The notes beneath the pieces are model-generated. The model was given only the letters and a program-made list of their open reading frames with translations, was not told the DNA's origin and searched no databases. The position numbers and the translations under genes are program-made. Positions 12,560 to 64,000 of a stretch of 64,000 bases of DNA are shown here, piece by piece. Within the stretch, counting starts at the first letter, position 1. Every line of letters begins with the position of its first letter. The DNA lies in NCBI GenBank assembly GCA_964016885.1, contig OZ024750.1, forward strand, positions 26,102,001 to 26,166,000, given 5' to 3'. The stretch is from Eledone cirrhosa. Taxonomy: Eukaryota.

Positions 12560-13133
12560 ACTTTATATCCATGTAGAAGAACCCCTACCGATGCGCTGAA
12601 CAAGTGTGACTTTTTAGACCAGCCGGTGACTTGAAAACTCTGGTACAAACACTACATCTGTGACATTTATTGACACATATTGCTGGGCCCATGGTGCCAT
12701 GTGGCGACAAGGGCAGAGATATCTCCAGATATAAAGCAATGCCTGTGCCGTGAAGCCTTTATAGTGAGCAAAGGCACTGCACAAAGCCAGTCCCACTCTC
12801 TTAACCATGATGATATTTACCAAAAAGAAGAACAAGTCAACATCATTGGATACCATCAGGGTTGCAGGTGTTATATCAGAGTTTTCCTTCTCCTAGAATT
12901 CTGCCTTGACAAAGGCTAAGGGGTCATCTCTCCCAGTGATTTTGGATGGCCATTGACTCTTAAGAGCTCCGTTGCCCTTTGACAGGTTTTGTTTTTAGTC
13001 CTGCAGGATGTCCAAAGTCACCCTCCTCACCAAGAAACCTTGGTGGGGTTGCCAGTTTAGTCGCCAACGACCCGACCATGAGACAGGCTGTACTGGAATA
13101 CATGTTACCAGTAGCACCAACTGGTGACCTGAC
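12560..13133. mobile_element. About 570-bp interspersed repeat next to (TACA)n, with an RTE 5'-UTR-like motif
   Basis: Inverted copy at 24482-25051; the minus strand contains CTAGGAGAAGGAAAACTCTGAT. Confidence 0.7.
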
Positions 13134-13815
13134 ATACATACATACATACATACATACATACATACATACATACATACATACATACATACATACATACATA
13201 CATACATACATACATACGATGGCGACCGTTGTGGTCAGTGTCTGATAATCGGACGTGTGTAATTACGGCTTACATGAAGGCAACATACTATATATTGGAA
13301 AAAGTTGAGCTACATTACGCGGTAAGATTACATACAATAATTCTACATAAGTGTTTGAACTGTAAGTGTGTTGTAAAACACCTATTTATATGAACGATAC
13401 ATACACTTTAACATATAAATGCAACGTTGTTATATTACATTTATAAAGAAATATACAAGTAACGTTTTCGATTCAGAAACAAAACATAGGTGTTTGAAAT
13501 GTGAATATGTTGTGAATAAGTTGTAGAACACCTATTTATATGAATGATACATAAACATTAACATATAAATACAGCGTTGTTATATTATATTACATTCATA
13601 AAGAAATATACTAAGTAACGGTTCTTTTTGTTCTCGATTCAAGAACAACGTTTAAAACACAGTTGTAGAATTAAAAACTAACTGAAAAGAAATATTATCC
13701 AAGCTGTGAAAATCTTTAAATTTGATTCTGATAGAACTTTGTCGAAACTTTTAAAGTAGATCATCGACTATTTTGAAAAATAAATACGAAATATTAGTGA
13801 ATAGACGAACTCATC

Positions 13816-16100
13816 ATGGTAAAATGTACAAGTCTCCTTCGACCAAATCGCAACTACAACCGTTGTATACAGTGAAGGCACGAGCTTAACCAAGAATTAT
13901 ATGAAGCATACAAACAATCTGAACCCCAAAAGTTCGGTTTTATGCAAAGGCTAAAAACTTTGTGGAACTCCAAACACCCAGAATTAGACTTTTCTCCAAA
14001 GCATTTAAATGAACAGGCAAAACGTATCATTAGATGTAAATTGATACATCTAACGGAATTGAGTGATACTACAAATACAGCCCTTGCAGACAACCACCCC
14101 ACCTCCACTGACAGACAAAGAGAATGGCCAGCTAAATCTAACAGTGAACAGCTCACCAACAATTTTGCTGAAATCCATCCCACTTCCACTGAAGAACAGC
14201 GAGAAAGGTCAGCTAACTCTAGTAGTAATTGTCACCACATCAACAACGAGGCTGAAATTCATGACTCTACTGTACAAACAGAAGACCAAAAACTAGTGGA
14301 CACCTTACAAGTGAAATGGGACGATATGTTTCAAGAGATACACAGCGTTAATGTGAGTGACAGACCATACAAGACCAGAACCAGTAAAGAACCCACTAAA
14401 TTGGAATTGGAAGCGGTGAACGAAATAGCTGGCAATTATCTGAAGGTTATACGATCTAAAGGTGTAGAAACGACATTTGAAACGCTTAATATTTTGTTAT
14501 GTTTCAGCTGTCACATTGCTATCATATAACACACATCTAAAACTACGTAATCAAGATACAAACAAAAAGCCTGAACCAGCGTGCATGCGAAATTTAAAAA
14601 GCAAAATGTTGTCCCTAAGACGAAGTATCTCACACATCGCAGTCGTTATGAAATGCAACATAGAGAGCAACTTCACACGACACCAGGAAGACCTAAAAAA
14701 AAAGTTAGAGAGACGATTTGGAGATACAAAATTTAAAACTTTGAACTCCAAATTACACCAGTTGAAACAACAACTCACAGCTACAACAGAAAGACTAAAA
14801 TATAAGTCAACAGCACATAAACGACAAGTACTAAATAGATTGTTTGCCAGAGATCCTAAATCAGTTTATCGCAGCTTCGGTGGCAAAAGCTCAATCCCTG
14901 TAAATGACACCCCTTCAAAAGAACAGGTTGAGAGCTACTGGAGATCTGTATGGGAAACGGATGACGGATTCAACCGACAAACTAATTGGCTAAAAGAACT
15001 GGAACAGGACTACTGCCAACATGTCCAGACAAAACAATATGACATAGATGGGTCAATACTGGAAACAGCTCTACAGAAAATGTCGAATAGGAAATCACCA
15101 GGCCGAGACCTCATTACAGGATACTGGTTGAAGAATTTCACTTTCTATCGGCAAGATCTCATACGGCTGTTTACAGAAACCATTAAAGGCACACAAGAAC
15201 TGCCCAGATGATTATCAACTGCCACTACTCTCCTCATTCCCCAAAATAGCCAAACCACCCTTGCTAAAAATTACCGCCCAATAGCCTGCCAAAACATCAT
15301 GTATAAATTATATACTGGGTGCCTTAACCTGTTCTTACAGGATCACTGTGATACCAACAACATCATAACACCTGAGCAAGCTGGTAGAAAGAGGGAGGTG
15401 TGGGGTTGCATAGATCACCTACTAACTAATAAAATGATTCAGGAAAAAAACAACAAAGAATCGCAGAAACATGACTGTGGTGTGGCTGGACTATCAAAAA
15501 GCATTTGATAGTGTACCTCATGGGTGGATTATTAAGGCTTTACAGTTAGCCAAAGTCCCACAAACATTGGTAGCTGCTGTTGAACGCATGACCAAGAACT
15601 GGTACACCGATTTGATCCTTAGAGGTGAGAAGGAGCAAGTTAAGACTGATAAGATACATTACCAGAAGGGCATCTTTCAAGGTGATAGCTTGTCAGTGCT
15701 ACTCTTCGTTCTCTCACTAAATCCACTATCTTACCTACTCAGAAAACAAGGTGGACAAAGAAGTGGGTCCAGAAGTATCTCCCATCTTTTCTTTGTTGAT
15801 TACCTGAAGTTGTATGGGCCAAATACCAATGACACCAAGAAACAATTGGACCTCATTACACAATTTTAAACACAGGAGTTTACAAATCCAGTATCCAAGA
15901 TACACCTTTACCTTCATACCCATCATTATTGGAGCTACGGGTTATATACTAACCCGCTTGAACCAAAGTATGACTGAACTTGGATTTGCGGACAAAGAGC
16001 GCAGCTCCCTCATTTATAGTCTACAAATGGATGCGATAGCCGGTACCTTCAACATTTTCAAAACATTCTTGCGATTCAAGGGATGGCAATTTCTTTTCTT
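13816..16100 (+). mobile_element. Degenerate R4/Dong-like non-LTR retrotransposon with internal deletion
   Basis: N-terminal W..HP..L.EQ motif; KSPGRD, NYRPIAC, LDYQKAFDSVPH, GIFQGDSLS; jumps near 15866 to a C-terminal IPIIIGATG segment; stops and frameshifts. Confidence 0.8.
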
Positions 16101-16327
16101 TTACAACCTTGCCACCAGTCAACGCAATCAGTCGCATATTTTGGCGTGGGAGGCTATTTATTAAATTTAAGATGAATACTATCTCCGACAGTAATGCCAC
16201 AACTACAGTCATGTTGAATAATTGGTTATTCTTCTAACTATATCTTCTGAAGACACCTTTTATTCGAATTCGTATAGATATCCGGATAATTACATAATTC
16301 ATTTTACAAGGATTTGCTACAAACAGC

Positions 16328-17308
16328 ATGGCTGAACACAACATCAACAAAAAAATTAAGGAAGTACCGAAGACAAATAACAAGGAAGGTAAACAAACTT
16401 TATTCAGTTGTAGCTACAGAAGAAACCTAAATTATAAATCGCATTTCTCTTGGAGTTGCGAACTTAATAATGATTTATTTAATTGTTATAAAATGTCAAA
16501 AACCAATCCCTCCATTGGCTATATGAACAGAATGAAGCTACACTGGGACGAAATACACCCAGAGCTAAATTATTTCCCAGCGAAACAATTACGCCAACAA
16601 GCGACGTTTGTTGAACGTAAAAATAAGATAAATATTATTAATTGTAAGTCCCCCACAACAAACATGTTATCAACAGCACGTGCTACAGGTCGCCATGCTA
16701 CTAGACTTCCTAGCAGCCAGGTCGAACAGCGCCTTGAAACAACTATGCCTGTAAGAAACTTGACACCACCTGTACCATCTAAGTCTACCTCGAATGGTGG
16801 GGAAAACACCATCGATAATAATAATAATCGAAGAAATAATAATAATAATCGAAGAAATTTGACACCACGTGTACCATCCGAGTCTACCTCGACTGTTGTG
16901 GAAAATACTATCGATAATGATAATAATCAAAAGTATAAACAATTGAAATATTCCCTCAACGAAATCTTCCAGTGAGAAATTAATTCATGTATAAATATCT
17001 CTCTTGCTGAACGTATTAAAACGACAATGTTTCATAAAAAAACAAATAATGAAATATTACGTGTTGACGAAATAGGGGATGAATATTTACGACGGATAAA
17101 AACCCCAACATTTTGGCAAATCAACGCCTGTTTATATGCCTTAGCAACGACAGTGAAGCATTATCAAACACACAGCATTATCAAACACACAAAAAACCTC
17201 ATTCCTCACCAACAAAGAGTGAAAAATAAAATAGAGACGATGTTTGGTAACAGTAGAACCAGAACTCTCCAATATAAGCTGATCACCATTAAACAAGAAT
17301 TGAAGTGA
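16328..17308 (+). mobile_element. Second R4-like element, 5' ORF fragment
   Basis: WSCELNNDLFNCY...GYMNRMKLHWDEIHPEL...QLRQQ is paralogous to the N-terminus of the 13816 element. Confidence 0.65.
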
Positions 17309-17309
17309 G

Positions 17310-18410
17310 GCCAGCATCAAGCGTTTTCGATACCGCGTAAATACTAAACTAATCATGGGTGATGTCTCGGCCGCAGTCAGAGTGGTTGCCTCAGAGGACA
17401 CTGTACTGCAATGCATCGAGGAGGTCATGGCTGCCCTGCGACTCAAGCTCCCTGAGCCACCTGTTGACCTACCCCCACTCGATCCCCAGCTGCTCCCTGT
17501 GGCTTCCATGTCTCATCATGTCCTTCCCAGCTAGCAGCAGCGGAGGTGCTGATGGGCTCCGACCTGGCCACCTCAAGGAGTTGCTCTCCCCTCTCTCCGC
17601 TGAGGTCGGCGGCCGCCTTCTGTGTGCATTTGTGTCACCAATAGGCGCCCTGGATGCTCACGCCTGAGGTTTCTTTTTTTCGGCTTGCCTGACCGCTCTC
17701 AGGAAGAAAGAGGGTTGCATACGCCCCATCGCTGTGGGTAATTTCTTCCGGAGGTTGGCTGCTAAGGCGGTCTCCAGGTCCATAACACCTGAACTGGATG
17801 AGGAGTTCAGTCCGGTGCATCAGGGTGTCGCCGTGTTCGTGGATGTGAGAGGGCGCACATGCAACCAGGCAGTCTTCAACCGGAACCGGCATCCAGGGAC
17901 TCCAGGCACCTCATTGTCAAGCTTGACATGAGGGACCATCTGCTTGATGCCTGTCTCAGCCGAACCCTCTCCGGCTACCCGCTGGCCTACTTGTCATATG
18001 GATCCCCGAGCATGCTCCTTGCTGCTGATACGTTATCTTCGGCCACTGGGGCCTACAGGGTGACCCTTTGATCCCCCTCCTGTTTGCGCTTGGTATAAAC
18101 CACATTGCCCGTAGTATCACGGCCCCTCTCAATGTTTGGTACCTGGATGATGCTACCCTCGAAGAGCCCGTGGAGACTGTCTGCCACGACCTTCAATCGG
18201 TCTCCAGGTCAACTCGCCCTCCGACAAAAGAAACTTCGGTGTCCTTGGCTCTAGTGCTACCTCTCTATTCACCACCATAGGCGGTATGTGCCTCTCGAAT
18301 TGGAATGGCTCTTCCAGCACATCTGCGTTACCATCCTCCAGGGAAACGCCTTCTCCATTTTGTCCGTCGGGTCTGTGGAGGGCCAGCACTTGGGACCTCA
18401 TTTGCTCACC
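17310..18410 (+). mobile_element. Degenerate CRE-clade retrotransposon fragment
   Basis: GC-rich; GGADGLRPGHLKEL, IRPIAVGNFFRRLAAK, NVWYLDDATL, LFQHICVTILQGNA. Confidence 0.75.
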
Positions 18411-18689
18411 ATACGGATTAAGACATATAACCTCTCTTTTTCTTTTATTTACTCTTTTACAATTAAAAGGTTAGTCTTACATAATACTGAAGTAAAAAAA
18501 AACGCAAGCAAATTATATAGTGAAATAGAACATGTGTAATCGACTGATGTTTAGCACAAAGAGTGCACACGTCGTCTCGAGACACTGAACGCTAACGATA
18601 ATTCCGTTAGCATCGTCGTGAAGAACGCCACTAAGACAACATTTTCGGAGTTTTCCTCACTTTCGATTTATAATTTAACCCGGCTTGCA

Positions 18690-64000
<45,311 letters not shown>

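Noticed and set aside
16238-16282. Hammerhead-like CTGAAGA...GAAT after the R4-like element
   Set aside because: No stem II, and the core is damaged.

Overview
Eukaryotic, AT-rich, microsatellite-dense animal DNA. The tRNA-derived SINEs and repeat style resemble coleoid cephalopod (Octopus-like) sequence; this is an inference. Most ORF-track entries are microsatellite artefacts. The one clear host gene is invisible to the ORF track. It is a + strand gene with a phase-1 signal-peptide exon (18690-18753) and an array of symmetric phase-1 exons, each encoding one 44-52 aa, 8-Cys laminin/MEGF-type EGF-like module: 10 complete, 1 cut by the window end, and 2 decayed relics. These exons are duplicated in pairs and differ almost only at amino-acid-changing sites, while the one flanking intron I aligned is about 99% identical. 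The introns are packed with Penelope-type material: a Neptune-like element with an extra upstream ORF joined at a U-UUU-UUA site, a Hydra-like element, fold-back insertions, and about 20 type-I hammerhead ribozyme motifs from about 11 unrelated families. Also present are a near-intact Tx1-clade LINE with truncated relatives that all sit in (TATC)n, R4-like, CRE-like, RTE and CR1-like relics, SINEs and MITEs. All coordinates and counts were made by hand.
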